From a virus (taxonomy: Duplodnaviria > Caudoviricetes), in IMG/VR virus record IMGVR_UViG_3300024272_000023: a stretch of DNA of 64,000 bases. One strand, 5' to 3'. Below the pieces are notes generated by a model that worked only from the letters and a program-made list of their open reading frames with translations, ran no database searches and had not been told where the DNA came from. The position numbers were made by a program, and so were the translations under genes. This document shows positions 41,416-52,848 of this stretch, one piece after another; the stretch's first letter is position 1, and the number at the start of each line of letters is the position of its first letter.

Positions 41416-43497
41416 ATGAAAAGAGGAATTAACGTGGAAAATAATGTAGCATTTAGTAAATACAAACTATTAGCGATAGATATATATAAATGGTGTAAGA
41501 AACATGACTTATGGGGTGATAATATCATCTACTTCGATGGTAAGGCGTGGTCTAATGGCGAGACGTGGAGTGGAGTTAAGGGCAAAAGGATTGATGAGGA
41601 TTTGTATGAATATAAAGACAGAAACCCAAGTGATTACTTCGAGTATGCGAATCCAGAGACGTTATCAATGAGCTTTGAAGGAAGTCTAAATTATGTTTTG
41701 AATGGATATACAAAGGGCTCTTGGAAGTTAGAAGCAGAATTTATGAAATTGTTTGAGAAATATGGACTTTATTATGAACTTGGTCATTCTTGGAACTTAA
41801 GCGCATATGAAATTTAAGGAGGAAGTGTTATGTCTGATAAAAAGTTATGGAGCCTTGCACAAGAGCAGGCCAAAAAAGAATATGAAAAAGAATGCGGCAA
41901 CTGGGAAGACGCTGATAAATATGAAAGAGAAGACTGGGTCTTTGCCTCATATCTAAAATTGAAGGAGGAAAATTAAATGAAAAAGCGTATTATTTGGAGT
42001 AATTCTGATCTCGATATCGATGACTGGAGGGATAGTTATAAGGAATATCTTGAAATGAATGATAAAGACGACTGTGATCCAGATGACGAAGATGATATAT
42101 ATGAATGGATGGAAGAAACAAATAACGATTACCTGTACGATGAAAGAGCAAATCTAAATAAAAAGGTTGATGGCAGAATTCTCGTTATTGGTGACCTTGG
42201 TTTGTGGAATGGACGTAAAAGCGGATATCAAATTATTGATAGCAGAAATATTAAAGATATCTTATATGCCGATTGTGATTCTGTTGAGTGGTATGGAGAC
42301 GGATATAATATTCGTTCTGTACAGCATCATCACGATGGTACGAATTATTGCTTGTATAGAATTATTCGTGAGGATAGAAATATAAACAATCTGCTTGACG
42401 CCATCTATAATGGCGAAGAGATTACAAATAAGAAATTGAATTATTATACAAAGTCGCTGTATAAAGATGTGGCGGACGTTTATGGTTGGAGGTAAGCAAC
42501 AAATTGTATAAAAACATATAACGTGTTAATATAAATTATAAACTAAAAACAAATTTTAGGAGGAATCAATTATGACGGATAAACAAATCCAACAAGCAAA
42601 GGCAACATTACCACAATGGAAAAACGGCAAAGCGCCAATCCTAACGCCAGAGCAAAATCAACTAAGAAGAGAATTGCAGTGCAGAGATATGATAAATTCA
42701 ATTCTTTGCTATAAAGGTAAGGAAGGCATAATGAACAATGAATATATTGCAGATTACATTGATGACCTTGGATGTGATATTGTGAAACGTTTATGTGATG
42801 AACAGATTGCAGATTTCGAAAAGGCAATAGTTAAGAAAAATGTTCATACTGATTCTGAGGGAATTTCTTATAATTCCATTATTTGGGCAGATGATAAATA
42901 ATAGTAAACCAAAAGGGCTATGTCGTAAGATTTGGCCCTTATTTAATTAATAAACTTGGAGGATTAACAAATGACAAACATAGAATTTATGGCAAAACTT
43001 GACGCAATGTACGCAAAGCACCCTATGATTGCACGAAGCAATCCTAAGTCACTTAATGAGCTGATGTACGTGCTTCGCATGGAAGGCGATAGAGATTACG
43101 CCATTAGTACAAATGATGGCGGCTGCATTCCATCTGTACGAGAAACCTTTGTGTCATCAAGAGACCTGGCAAAGAAGGTTGTGTCGATTGAGTGGGAAGA
43201 ATTTGAAGACGAAGAGTATGGCACGATTGGTGCGATTATTGTAGATTTGGAGGACCAATAATGAACAACGAAATTAAAGTAATCGTAGAAATGGTTCTTA
43301 AAAGTGTAATGGGAAAAAAGAAAGATAAAATTGCAAAAATCATGGAAAGCATCGATGACCGTGAGGGTGGAATTTTGGTTTACTTGTCGCACGGAGCAAC
43401 CCTTGGAGAGGCAGAGGAAATTCAAGAGGTAATCAAGAGCGCTGGATTGCAGATTCCCGAACAAATGGGTAATGCGGTCATATATGTTACAAAATAA
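41416..43497 (+). other. hypothetical ORFs (41416-41817, 41977-42495, 42572-42901, 42971-43261, 43261-43497)
   Basis: RBS-led co-oriented ORFs; hairpin at 42913-42940. Confidence 0.65.
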
Positions 43498-43536
43498 TTA
43501 AACAATACAAGATGATTTAAAAGGAGAATTTTAACT

Positions 43537-43935
43537 ATGACACAGAAAAACATTGACGTAATGGACATTATTGTTAGCAAGATGGTTGAGGGCGATACAC
43601 TTTCTAAGGCGCTTAAGAGAGTGTACAATAAGAGAAGAGTATCGATTCCTTATAACGAGGAAATTTATGATGTATCGGTTATGTCTTTGCCGATGTCAAA
43701 CAGAACATCCAACACATTAATGAGAGGCAGACTTAGGACTATAGGAGAAGTCATAGAATTCTGTAAGACTCATAAAATTACTGAGGTAACTAATCTTGGC
43801 AGAAATTCAGGTATTGAACTGTTTGAAACCATTCTTGATTATTGTTGGGACCATATGAACCAGGAAGAGCGTGTGTCATTTTTGATTGATACCGTTGAGC
43901 GAAATAGTGATAATATTCGCGAAGAAATTGTATAA
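43537..43935 (+). CDS. RNA polymerase alpha-CTD-like domain protein
   Basis: LPMSNRTSNTL.R..LRTIGEV...NLGRNS..EL matches the alpha-CTD pattern L.LSVR..NCL....I..I.DL...NLG.KS..EI. Confidence 0.7.
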   Translation: MTQKNIDVMDIIVSKMVEGDTLSKALKRVYNKRRVSIPYNEEIYDVSVMSLPMSNRTSNTLMRGRLRTIGEVIEFCKTHKITEVTNLGRNSGIELFETILDYCWDHMNQEERVSFLIDTVERNSDNIREEIV

Positions 43936-43987
43936 GTATAATTAATCGACCCGGGGTTATTAAGCCCCGGGAGAAAGAAGGAAATAT

Positions 43988-44576
43988 ATGAAATATAAAA
44001 TGATGACGGCCGCAGAGGCCATTGATAGATTGTTTGAACTAAAAACAAAAACTAAAAAATTGGATTTTACTTTTGATGATATTGATAAATATCCGGAGTG
44101 TAAACCAAGCGGCTGGTATGGCATGAAATTAACAAGAATATTCGATGAAGAGGACGGCGTATTCACCATGGGATATTATGGTGGCGGCTCTACTGAAGCA
44201 TATGATATCTATGGAATGGTTGAGGCGTCCGATGATGAAGAATGTGTAAAAGAATATTGTGCCGCAAGACTTCAGAATTTTATGAATACTTGGTGCGATA
44301 CGTTCGAGCCTTGCGAAAAAATATGTGTAGAAATTAAGGAGGATTAACATGGAAAGTTTGAAAGTTAAGGTAGATGGCGGCTATCTATATGCCACTATTA
44401 GTGGCGATCTGAATTATCCTGGTATTTGTGTGGAGTTTGTTGCAGATGATGATATGGGCGAGTCTTTAAGTAGACCTACCGTGTTGATGGAAAAGCCTTT
44501 AGGAGAAAAACTTAGGGCCTTGATATGGGATGATAAAGACGATGAGGATTATACGACAGAGATTATATTCGATTAA
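43988..44576 (+). other. two hypothetical acidic ORFs (43988-44347, 44349-44576)
   Basis: RBS-led ORFs. Confidence 0.6.
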
Positions 44577-44624
44577 ACAATACAAAATGATTAAAATATG
44601 ATATAATAAAGGAGAAATGTAAAA

Positions 44625-45344
44625 ATGGGAAACGTTTTATATAACATAAATTACGATGAGTCAATGATAATCTCTCTTGCAAAGGGTAATAGCAAGTTGG
44701 GTAAGAAGGTATTTGCCTTCAATCTTATGCCGGGCAATAAACCTATTTCTACGAAGGACAAAGGAGAACTAACAAATGTATGGGGTACTTGCGGTGGATG
44801 TTGTGATGGCTGTGAGGGAAATTGTTACGCGGTAAGAGATGCTCGTATGCATCATAATTCTGTAATTCCGAGTGTTGGTAAGAATACGGTAATTATGAGA
44901 CACGACATGGATAAGGGCTTTAAGCAGATCAAGGAGGCGTTGATTGAAAACAAAGCAAAGGTGCTTCGTTGGCAGTCAAGTGGAGAGATAATGAATTATA
45001 ATTATTTACTTCATATGATCAAGATGGCAGTCGAGATGCCCGACGTGCAGTTCTATTTCTACACAAAGAGATTTACGTTTATTGAGCAGTATGTAAAAGA
45101 CCACGGTGCGTTCCCCGAGAACTTGGTGTGTAATATTTCCGAGTGGAAAGGTAATACAGAAGGTTATCAATTCGATGGATTGAATAAATTTGTGTATGAT
45201 GATGGCACAGACCCTGCTATAGAAAAGTTATTCCATTGCCCTGCTGTTAATAAAAAGGGTCGTAAGACTGGCGTTACTTGCAGTGAATGTAAGAGATGTT
45301 TCTCTGGCAATAAGGGAATTATAACTGCTGTTTATGATCACTAA
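44625..45344 (+). CDS. GP88-like Fe-S/radical-SAM-like phage protein
   Basis: GNSKLG, TC..CC..C...CYA, RWQSSGE, YFYTK, CP...TC.EC.RC. Confidence 0.65.
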   Translation: MGNVLYNINYDESMIISLAKGNSKLGKKVFAFNLMPGNKPISTKDKGELTNVWGTCGGCCDGCEGNCYAVRDARMHHNSVIPSVGKNTVIMRHDMDKGFKQIKEALIENKAKVLRWQSSGEIMNYNYLLHMIKMAVEMPDVQFYFYTKRFTFIEQYVKDHGAFPENLVCNISEWKGNTEGYQFDGLNKFVYDDGTDPAIEKLFHCPAVNKKGRKTGVTCSECKRCFSGNKGIITAVYDH

Positions 45345-45374
45345 ACAACACAAAATGATTAGGAGAAAGCAACA

Positions 45375-45986
45375 ATGACAGAAAAGAAAAGATATTCTAT
45401 AGCTGAAGTATTCCAAATGATAGGAGAGGAATATCTCAACAGAAACAATGATGCCGACCAGCATAAACATGACATTGAGGTAGATGGATTTAAGGTACAT
45501 CCTATTTCTTTGAGGTACATGACATTTTATCAAAAGGGAACTAAATGTATCTGTTGTGGTAAGGAGGGTGCATATTTTCAACTCGATGGAGATGAGGGGA
45601 CCAATCGTAGACACTTTAATCTTTATGCAGATGATGGCACACTAATGACCAAGGATCATATTATTCCCAAGAGCAAGGGTGGTGCTGATAGAGCATCTAA
45701 TATGCAAACTATGTGTGCACCGTGTAATAAAATAAAGGGAGCATTTTATCCAGGGCTTGAAAGAGAGTATATTATTGGAACGAAACCAAATGGTAAAGAG
45801 GTTTGTTTTGCTACTATGGAGAAGGCTGCTTATCATATTGCTATGCAGGATTGTAAGCTTGAAGCAAAGAAAATATCAAAGGTAGAGGCGGTAAAGGGCG
45901 CAATCACCTGTGTGCTACGTCTTCAGTCAGCAATTGAAAATCAGACTCGATACGCTCGTTGCTTATGGCGAAAAGAAATGAGATAA
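45375..45986 (+). CDS. HNH endonuclease-domain protein
   Basis: CICCG...TKDHIIPKSKGG.D...NMQTMC.PCN..KG. Confidence 0.85.
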   Translation: MTEKKRYSIAEVFQMIGEEYLNRNNDADQHKHDIEVDGFKVHPISLRYMTFYQKGTKCICCGKEGAYFQLDGDEGTNRRHFNLYADDGTLMTKDHIIPKSKGGADRASNMQTMCAPCNKIKGAFYPGLEREYIIGTKPNGKEVCFATMEKAAYHIAMQDCKLEAKKISKVEAVKGAITCVLRLQSAIENQTRYARCLWRKEMR

Positions 45987-46019
45987 CAATACAAAATTAT
46001 TGGGGTGTGTATATGAAAG

Positions 46020-48621
46020 ATGGCACTTTTGAAAGATTGCAACAGATTGCAAAAAAACGAATTTGGTTTGTCAATAGTTAAGGCAGATCATTCAATGACA
46101 TCGCAAATACTTTTAGATGAACTGAAATTGGAACTAACATCGGTGGAAAAGCTAAATAAAATCAAAGCGATTATAACAGAAAAGAATGGCGTTGCAGATA
46201 ATCAAGAGTTTGGGTTGCACTATGGACAGGCAATAGACTATCTAGAACAAATTGAAGAAATTATCAAGAATGATTAATGAAAGGATGGTATAAATGTTAA
46301 ATGAACACGAAACACAATTAATAATGGAGAACTTCTTTAAAGACTGTTTAAAATTTTGGGAAAGAAGCACAAATGATAGACGTGAGGCTTTTGAGAAAGC
46401 GCTCGATGATACAAGAAGAATTATGACAGATCCGTTTTCTCCTTGTGGGGATAAGTTGGACGTGAAAACGAAAGAAATGTTTATCAGGTACCGTGAACAG
46501 GATTTAGGAATTAGGAGGGTTTAATATGAAAAGTTTAATTGTAGAATATGTAAAATATGAAGATATTGATTTGATTGACAAATTAGATAACATGTATTGC
46601 TCAGAAATTTCAGAAGAGATTTTTGAAAAGTGTATGGAAAAAGGAACATTTAAAAAGATCGAAGAAAAAGTATGGGAGCTTATGAATGATAAAGATTCTG
46701 AGTTTTCAAAGGCAGAATCTTATGATGGGCTGTATGATGAAGATGAATCAGAAGATGAACATGATATGTGGTCAGCATGTCTATATAATTGTGATTTGTT
46801 ATATATGACAGCAATTGCATATGTGTTAGGTTTAGAAGTACCTGAATTTAGTTGGGATGTTGAAAATTTTGGAATGTAAGGAGCACGGCCGTGAGAGATT
46901 GGTTAAAATGCGCCGATGAAATTGATAGAGATTGCATACACAAATACGAATATCTCCTTGGAAGAAAGTTAAAAGACTATAACGAGTATTCTGAGATAGA
47001 TGGACAAGTCGATGAAATGATTTTGGAATTTGATAGCAGAAAAGATTTTTATGAAGCATATCCAGAATTAAAGAAATATAGGAGACCAATATGAAAAAGT
47101 GCAAATATTATGTAGGATGTTATGGATTTTGTGATACGGCAAGTGGATTTAAAACGATGAGAGTCGTTACAAAGATTCAAAATACAGTACCGCTATTTGA
47201 AAAGGATGTTTTACCTCTGGAATTCACATCAGAGGACGCAGATAGATATATGCGTGAATTACTTGGAAGAGGATGGGTAGCAGTCACTATTAGGGTTCCG
47301 TATGAAAATCAGTATACCTGTTGGAATTAAGGAGATTTTAATATGAACGAATATTGGAAAGACCCACGGCTAGACGATGAGGGAACATATGATTATCTTG
47401 CAGAAGAACTTCCGAGTGACACGGCAAAGTGGCAATGGTATTATCAGAAGTGCGATTCTTGCGGTAAATATCACAAACGAAACTTTGTAAGTACACATTA
47501 CTTTTATTGTTGGGACGGATGGGATTCTATGAGTTATACAGAGTGCTGGAAGTGTAGATTGAGAGATAAGGTGCGTGCAATCAAAGCAAAGATTAAAAGA
47601 AAAATTAAGGCAAGAAAAGAATATCGTAAATGGATAAGGCAACTCAAAAACAAAGGTGTTGAGATTACAGAAGAACTAAAGAAGACAATTCGTAATATTG
47701 CTAACAAGGAGGTTGTGAGATGAAACTCAAAGAGCTGAAGCGTGGCGAATACTTCACAAGGAAGCCGATGTACGAACAAGAAGCGAAGCCATCGCAGGTA
47801 TATATTAAGGAAGACTATGACCGAAGCACGAAGAAGTATTGGTGTCAGAAATGGGATGATATTTCCAGTGGAATGGAACTTAAGGGTGATGCTGAGGTTT
47901 ATACAGATTTTATATTTTAAGGAGTGGTAGTGTGAATAAAGGGTTAAAACTGTTTATAGCAGACGTTATTGATGAAGAGAGTGGTGATAATTATATTTGG
48001 TATGTTGTGGGCAAGACATACGACTCTGCATTTAAAAGATTTACCAAAGAAGCAAATAAAACGTGGCGAACATATCTCTATTATTTTGATGAAGCCAATA
48101 AGGACAGGACAAATAATTTTATAGAATGGCTTGATGGCGAAGATGTCAAAGCGGGTATTTATGAAGAATAGAAGAGGATTAGTATGGATATTGTAATGGC
48201 AGTAGAAGAGCTTGGTTTTGACGGAGGTATTAGTTTAGGAAGATGTTCAAGAAGTACAGTCTATCGTTGGACCAAGGCAATTAACGAATATTTGGAGGAA
48301 AATAAGTATGAATGGCGTGTTAAGGCAGACTATAAGAATTGTTGTGTTGATATTATAGGATGGAAGGAGAATTAAAATATAGTATATTTGTAGAAAATAG
48401 TATATAATATTATCATCAAGGAGGAGTTTATAATGGAAAATAAAATTATTGAATTAACTCAAAGCAAAGAAGGGAATCGTTGTTTAATTTGTAGTTCCAC
48501 AGATGGGCATATCAATATCAGAATTCAACGTATTCACCCAGTAGACAACATTATATCGTTTCATGTTTGCGATAAGTGTTTAAGCCAAATGCAAAACGAC
48601 ATTAATAAGATCTGCGAATAA
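46020..48621 (+). other. about ten small hypothetical ORFs
   Basis: Packed co-oriented ORFs of 62-126 aa with RBSs. Confidence 0.6.
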
Positions 48622-48676
48622 GCAGGTCTTTGTTAAATAGAACAAAACAAAATGATTATAAAAGGAGAGGTTTGTA

Positions 48677-49051
48677 TTGTGTAAAGTATATGGATATTGT
48701 AGGGCTGCGTTAGCAAGTAAAGAAGAAATATCAGAACAAATGAGGGTAATTGCAAATTATTGTGAGGATAATAACTTAAAAGTTGATGGATTCTTCTGTG
48801 ACGACGGTGTAAGTGGTTTTGACGTTGGACCAGAGTTTAAGCACCTTATTGAAGAATTAAAAAGTGGAGACACTGTAATCGTTAAAAATCTTTCAAGGGT
48901 TGCAAGGGGTAATATAAGATTGATATCACTTATGGATAGATTTAAGGATGAAAGAATCAAGGTTGTGTGTATTGATGAAAATGACCTCGATATATCACCA
49001 ATGAGAGCTTGGCTTGAGCAAAGATGGGCAAGACAAATGAGAGATGAGTAA
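48677..49051 (+). CDS. resolvase-like (serine recombinase) catalytic domain, nucleophile apparently lost
   Basis: VYGYCRAA, Q, D.GVSG, GDTVIVK.LSR.AR; Ala where YxRxS has Ser; no DNA-binding domain. Confidence 0.75.
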   Translation: MCKVYGYCRAALASKEEISEQMRVIANYCEDNNLKVDGFFCDDGVSGFDVGPEFKHLIEELKSGDTVIVKNLSRVARGNIRLISLMDRFKDERIKVVCIDENDLDISPMRAWLEQRWARQMRDE

Positions 49052-49108
49052 TCATCTCTTTCTTTAATTACAAAACAATACAAAATGATTATATAATAAG
49101 GAGGTAAA

Positions 49109-49633
49109 GTGATTATGAAAATTGCAAAAGGGTGGAAACTGTTCGAGATGAATTCTGAGGGGAGATTATTTCCTCTATTTATTGGCAAGAATGAGGAAAC
49201 AGCTATGAATGAATGGGTCATGGCAGAGATTATAGAGCATCATCCTCAGTTCGCGCACAGACCTGGATGGCACCTGGGAACTGGAGTACCTAGTGCCCCG
49301 TGGTTAATGGGAGCTGATGGGACTTACAAGTCTCAGCGTGGTAAGAAATTTAGAAGAGTATGGTGCGAAGTAGAGTATGTAGCAGATGTAGATTATACAT
49401 CCGTAGTTGAGAAATTACCCAAGAAGTGTTTTATCGATCGACTTCCTGAGGGAGGCTTTTATAATTTTAGAGAGTCTGGTAATCGTCTGTGGATTATAGC
49501 GGACAGAATAAAGGTTACGAGGATTCTCAGCGAGGAGGAGAGAGTTGAGATTATGAACAAGATGAATTATGATGAGCAAGAAGCGTTTGAGCCGTATAGA
49601 CGAGCTATGGCTAAGAGAATGAAAACGGCATAA
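49109..49633 (+). CDS. conserved phage hypothetical protein
   Basis: KLF...G.LFPLFI, HRPGWH, RVWCEVEY. Confidence 0.7.
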   Translation: MIMKIAKGWKLFEMNSEGRLFPLFIGKNEETAMNEWVMAEIIEHHPQFAHRPGWHLGTGVPSAPWLMGADGTYKSQRGKKFRRVWCEVEYVADVDYTSVVEKLPKKCFIDRLPEGGFYNFRESGNRLWIIADRIKVTRILSEEERVEIMNKMNYDEQEAFEPYRRAMAKRMKTA

Positions 49634-49666
49634 TTGTAAACATTTCTTGAACACAACACAAAATGA

Positions 49667-49695
49667 TTGACAAACTGAAAATTATAATGTATAAT
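49667..49695 (+). promoter_or_regulatory. consensus sigma-A promoter
   Basis: TTGACA-N17-TATAAT with ACAAAATGAT overlapping the -35. Confidence 0.85.
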
Positions 49696-49725
49696 TAAAA
49701 TACAAATTAAAAGGAGATTGCGATT

Positions 49726-50638
49726 ATGAACAAGAACAGACGCAAGGAACTTATAGAGTGGGTTAGAAAAGCAGAAGAATGGGCGTCACATGGTGAAAGA
49801 CTGAAAAGTGAACTTGAGAATATTTGCTCTGATGAACAGGATTACTTCGACAATATGCCTGAGAACTTGCAAGGCAGCACTAGAGGTATGGACGCGGAAG
49901 AAGCAATTGATGCGATGAATGAGGCGATTAAATCTATGGATAATGCAATTGAAGCAGCAGAAGAAGCGGCGAGCTGCGTTGATGAAATTTAATGACGAAT
50001 CAAAATGATTGAAGGAGGTTATATTATTGATGGATGTAAACAAGATTGATATGTTGCACGGATTATATGGAAGTATGATTAGTAGAACTAGAGCAGTAGG
50101 GTATTGCCATTATCATAAGGCAGCTTTGACAGTGAAGACCATGAAGTGTCACGAATGCTTGAAGAAGCAGTGTGATGCGCTGAAGAAATACGAAGAACAT
50201 GATTTTTGGAGGCAGCACGAGCAGAAAAAGGAAAGGCGCAAAGCAAGAAAACAAACAATATATAGTTTTGCGTCATAAGGAGGTGGGGCTATGATTCGAG
50301 AATGGCCTGGACAAACCAAAGAAGAATGGCTCGCAGAGTATCGAAGAAATAAAAATCTTACGCCAGAAGAACGAGAAAAAGAATTGAATGAATTCTTGGA
50401 TGAAATAAAAAAGCGGGACGAGGAAAGAGAGCGAGAAAAAGTAGCGCAAAAGCAGCAAAATTCAGAAAATCTGTTTGCTAATTGTGATCACCCCAACAGT
50501 TTAGAGAATGATGAGGCCACAATTTTGTGGATTGTTGTAATGGCGGTAGCAACGATTTTTAAAGGCAATTGGATTATTTGGATTATTGCAACTATCATTT
50601 GGCGCAAATATATCACAAGACATAAAATCAAAAAATAA
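49726..50638 (+). other. three hypothetical ORFs (49726-49992, 50009-50278, 50291-50638 membrane protein)
   Basis: RBS-led ORFs downstream of the promoter. Confidence 0.65.
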
Positions 50639-50650
50639 TAGGAGGTTATT

Positions 50651-51637
50651 ATGAATAATATAGCTGGAAGATTAGAAAAAGAAACTCAATTTTACGAAAA
50701 AATGAAAGAAAAATTGAAGGGGATGCCGAAGATTATCGGAGAGTATTGCACTTCAATGAGAGCAAATAGAAAGTCATACACAACTGTTGGAGTATATATA
50801 AATAATGTTCTGCATTTTGCACGTTTTGTGGCAGGAGAAAAACCGACCGAAGATTTCTATAAGCATATCACTGCATCCGATGTTGAAAATTATATGATCT
50901 CTTTGGAAACAAGGAATACATCAAACGGCATTAAAAGAACTGGCGATGATGTTTTACAGAATCGTTGGAGTTCATTGAATACATTTTTTGATTGGTGCCT
51001 GAAAAGGGGTTATATTGACAAGAATCCTATGGGTGTTGTTAGTAGGCCTAAGAATAACACAGAACATAAAGTAACATATTTGACAAAGGTTGAGATCAAT
51101 AAGTTGTTTAGGGCGATTGACAAGAATCAAAACGAGACATTTAGAATGAGGGATAAAACTATTATTAGTCTTGCTCTTGCTACGGCTCTTCGTGTGAGTG
51201 CGCTAGTTAATATTAATGTTGATGATATTGATTTTGAGGGTAGTGTTATTAAGGTCGTTGAGAAGAGACAGAAGGTGCGCGAGATTCCTATGGGCGAGAA
51301 CACAAAGAATATGTTAATGGAGTATGTTGAATTTAGGTCCAATGAGTATAAAGACGTTAATTCTCAGGCGTTATTTTTCACCAAAAACTATAATAGATTG
51401 TCTGTGTGGGATGCTAATGATATGTTAGAGAAGTATTGCGATTGTGCCGGAATTAAAAGGGTTACATTTCACAAACTTAGAGCATCTTCGGCCTGTGCTT
51501 TGGCGAAAGCAGGAGTGCCGGTTAAAGCAATTTCACAACAGCTCGGTCATAGCGGAATTGGCGTAACAATGCGTTATGTAGATGTGTTTAATGAGGATAA
51601 GGAAAAGACTAAAGGTGTTCTCGACAACTTGTTCTAA
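50651..51637 (+). CDS. tyrosine recombinase (XerC/D-like), catalytic residues intact
   Basis: TALRVSAL (R), EKRQK (K), HKLR, LGH, TMRY. Confidence 0.92.
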   Translation: MNNIAGRLEKETQFYEKMKEKLKGMPKIIGEYCTSMRANRKSYTTVGVYINNVLHFARFVAGEKPTEDFYKHITASDVENYMISLETRNTSNGIKRTGDDVLQNRWSSLNTFFDWCLKRGYIDKNPMGVVSRPKNNTEHKVTYLTKVEINKLFRAIDKNQNETFRMRDKTIISLALATALRVSALVNINVDDIDFEGSVIKVVEKRQKVREIPMGENTKNMLMEYVEFRSNEYKDVNSQALFFTKNYNRLSVWDANDMLEKYCDCAGIKRVTFHKLRASSACALAKAGVPVKAISQQLGHSGIGVTMRYVDVFNEDKEKTKGVLDNLF

Positions 51638-51638
51638 A

Positions 51639-51677
51639 ACAAAATGATTGCAATTTATCATTTTGTAGTGTTATAAT
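51639..51677 (+). promoter_or_regulatory. promoter overlapped by an inverted pair of the dispersed motif
   Basis: ACAAAATGAT-N8-ATCATTTTGT spanning TTGCAA...TGtTATAAT. Confidence 0.75.
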
Positions 51678-51709
51678 AAAATCGATAAAGAAGTAAGGAG
51701 ACGATATGT

Positions 51710-52651
51710 GTGTATACAAACGAACAGGAAATAGAAGATTTCCTACAGGAGTATGGTAGAAGCAGAGTTATCATAGAGACGACGACAAGAGCAACGCTTA
51801 ATAGGGCGGTTGAATTTGAGTATAAATTCAATAAGCCATTTTATTACTTTACGACAGAAGAGGCATTGGAAATGTATAAAAGCGTTCACGCCATCTCTGT
51901 TGTAACGTTGCAGAATAACAATTTGGCATTGAAGCACGCTGCAAGATGGTTTGCTTATAAGCATAAGAAGGAAGTAGCAAACACATATGAAGAGATAACA
52001 AAAGATGTTCTAAGTGAGGTTGTTGATGTTAATAAACAAAGAAGTTTGATTTTCAGCAGAGAAGACATTGACAATATGAAAGATAACTTATTGAATGCAA
52101 TAGATAAAGCAATAGTCGAGATGTTATTCCAAGGAGCCGGTGGCGAGTGGTTAAGAGAAGTTGCATTCTTAACGCGCAACCAAGTAGATAGAGAGCATTT
52201 GATGGTGTACTTCAGAACTGGAAAAAACATTCCGGTTACGGATGAAATTTGTGATTTGCTAATGGAGGCGTTTGCAGAAGATGAACTTGTATCATTTGGG
52301 TCAACAACGAGAGTGAGCAAAGTTACTGGCAATTCGTTATACAAGGTGAGATGTAATGCATTATCTGATAACTCCGATTATAACGACATACAATCAGTGG
52401 AGCGCAGATATAGATTCATCCAAAGAAGGTTATTGTTGATTTCAAAAGACTTGGGCGTTAGGTTAACTGCAAGCGGACTACAAGCAAGCGGGTTACTGCA
52501 TCACATTCAACTTGGTATGGAAGAAACAGGGTTGTCGTTTAGGGAATTTGTGAGAACTGAGCGAGCAAAATGGTTGGCACAGAGGTATGATATTAGATCA
52601 GAACTGTATGCTCAGATCATCCAAGATAAGTTGGGGCAATATTTTGAATAA
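51710..52651 (+). CDS. degenerate tyrosine-recombinase-fold protein, candidate master repressor (SPbeta YopR/MrpR-like)
   Basis: DKAIVEMLFQGAGGEWLREVAFL (catalytic R absent), LTASGLQASG in place of HxxR; integrase-like size. Confidence 0.55.
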   Translation: MYTNEQEIEDFLQEYGRSRVIIETTTRATLNRAVEFEYKFNKPFYYFTTEEALEMYKSVHAISVVTLQNNNLALKHAARWFAYKHKKEVANTYEEITKDVLSEVVDVNKQRSLIFSREDIDNMKDNLLNAIDKAIVEMLFQGAGGEWLREVAFLTRNQVDREHLMVYFRTGKNIPVTDEICDLLMEAFAEDELVSFGSTTRVSKVTGNSLYKVRCNALSDNSDYNDIQSVERRYRFIQRRLLLISKDLGVRLTASGLQASGLLHHIQLGMEETGLSFREFVRTERAKWLAQRYDIRSELYAQIIQDKLGQYFE

Positions 52652-52848
52652 TGTTGCCTTTGCTTCTTTTGGCATACAGTACAAAATGATTATAATGGCG
52701 TCGCTTTGTGTAATCCAAATTTGGTATATTATGTATAAGGAAGACAGAATAGTCAGATTATACATAATTTTACCATAATTTTAATATTGCATCCAAACAT
52801 ATGTTTGTTGTATAATATACACATATCTATATACAAAGGGGAAGAGAC

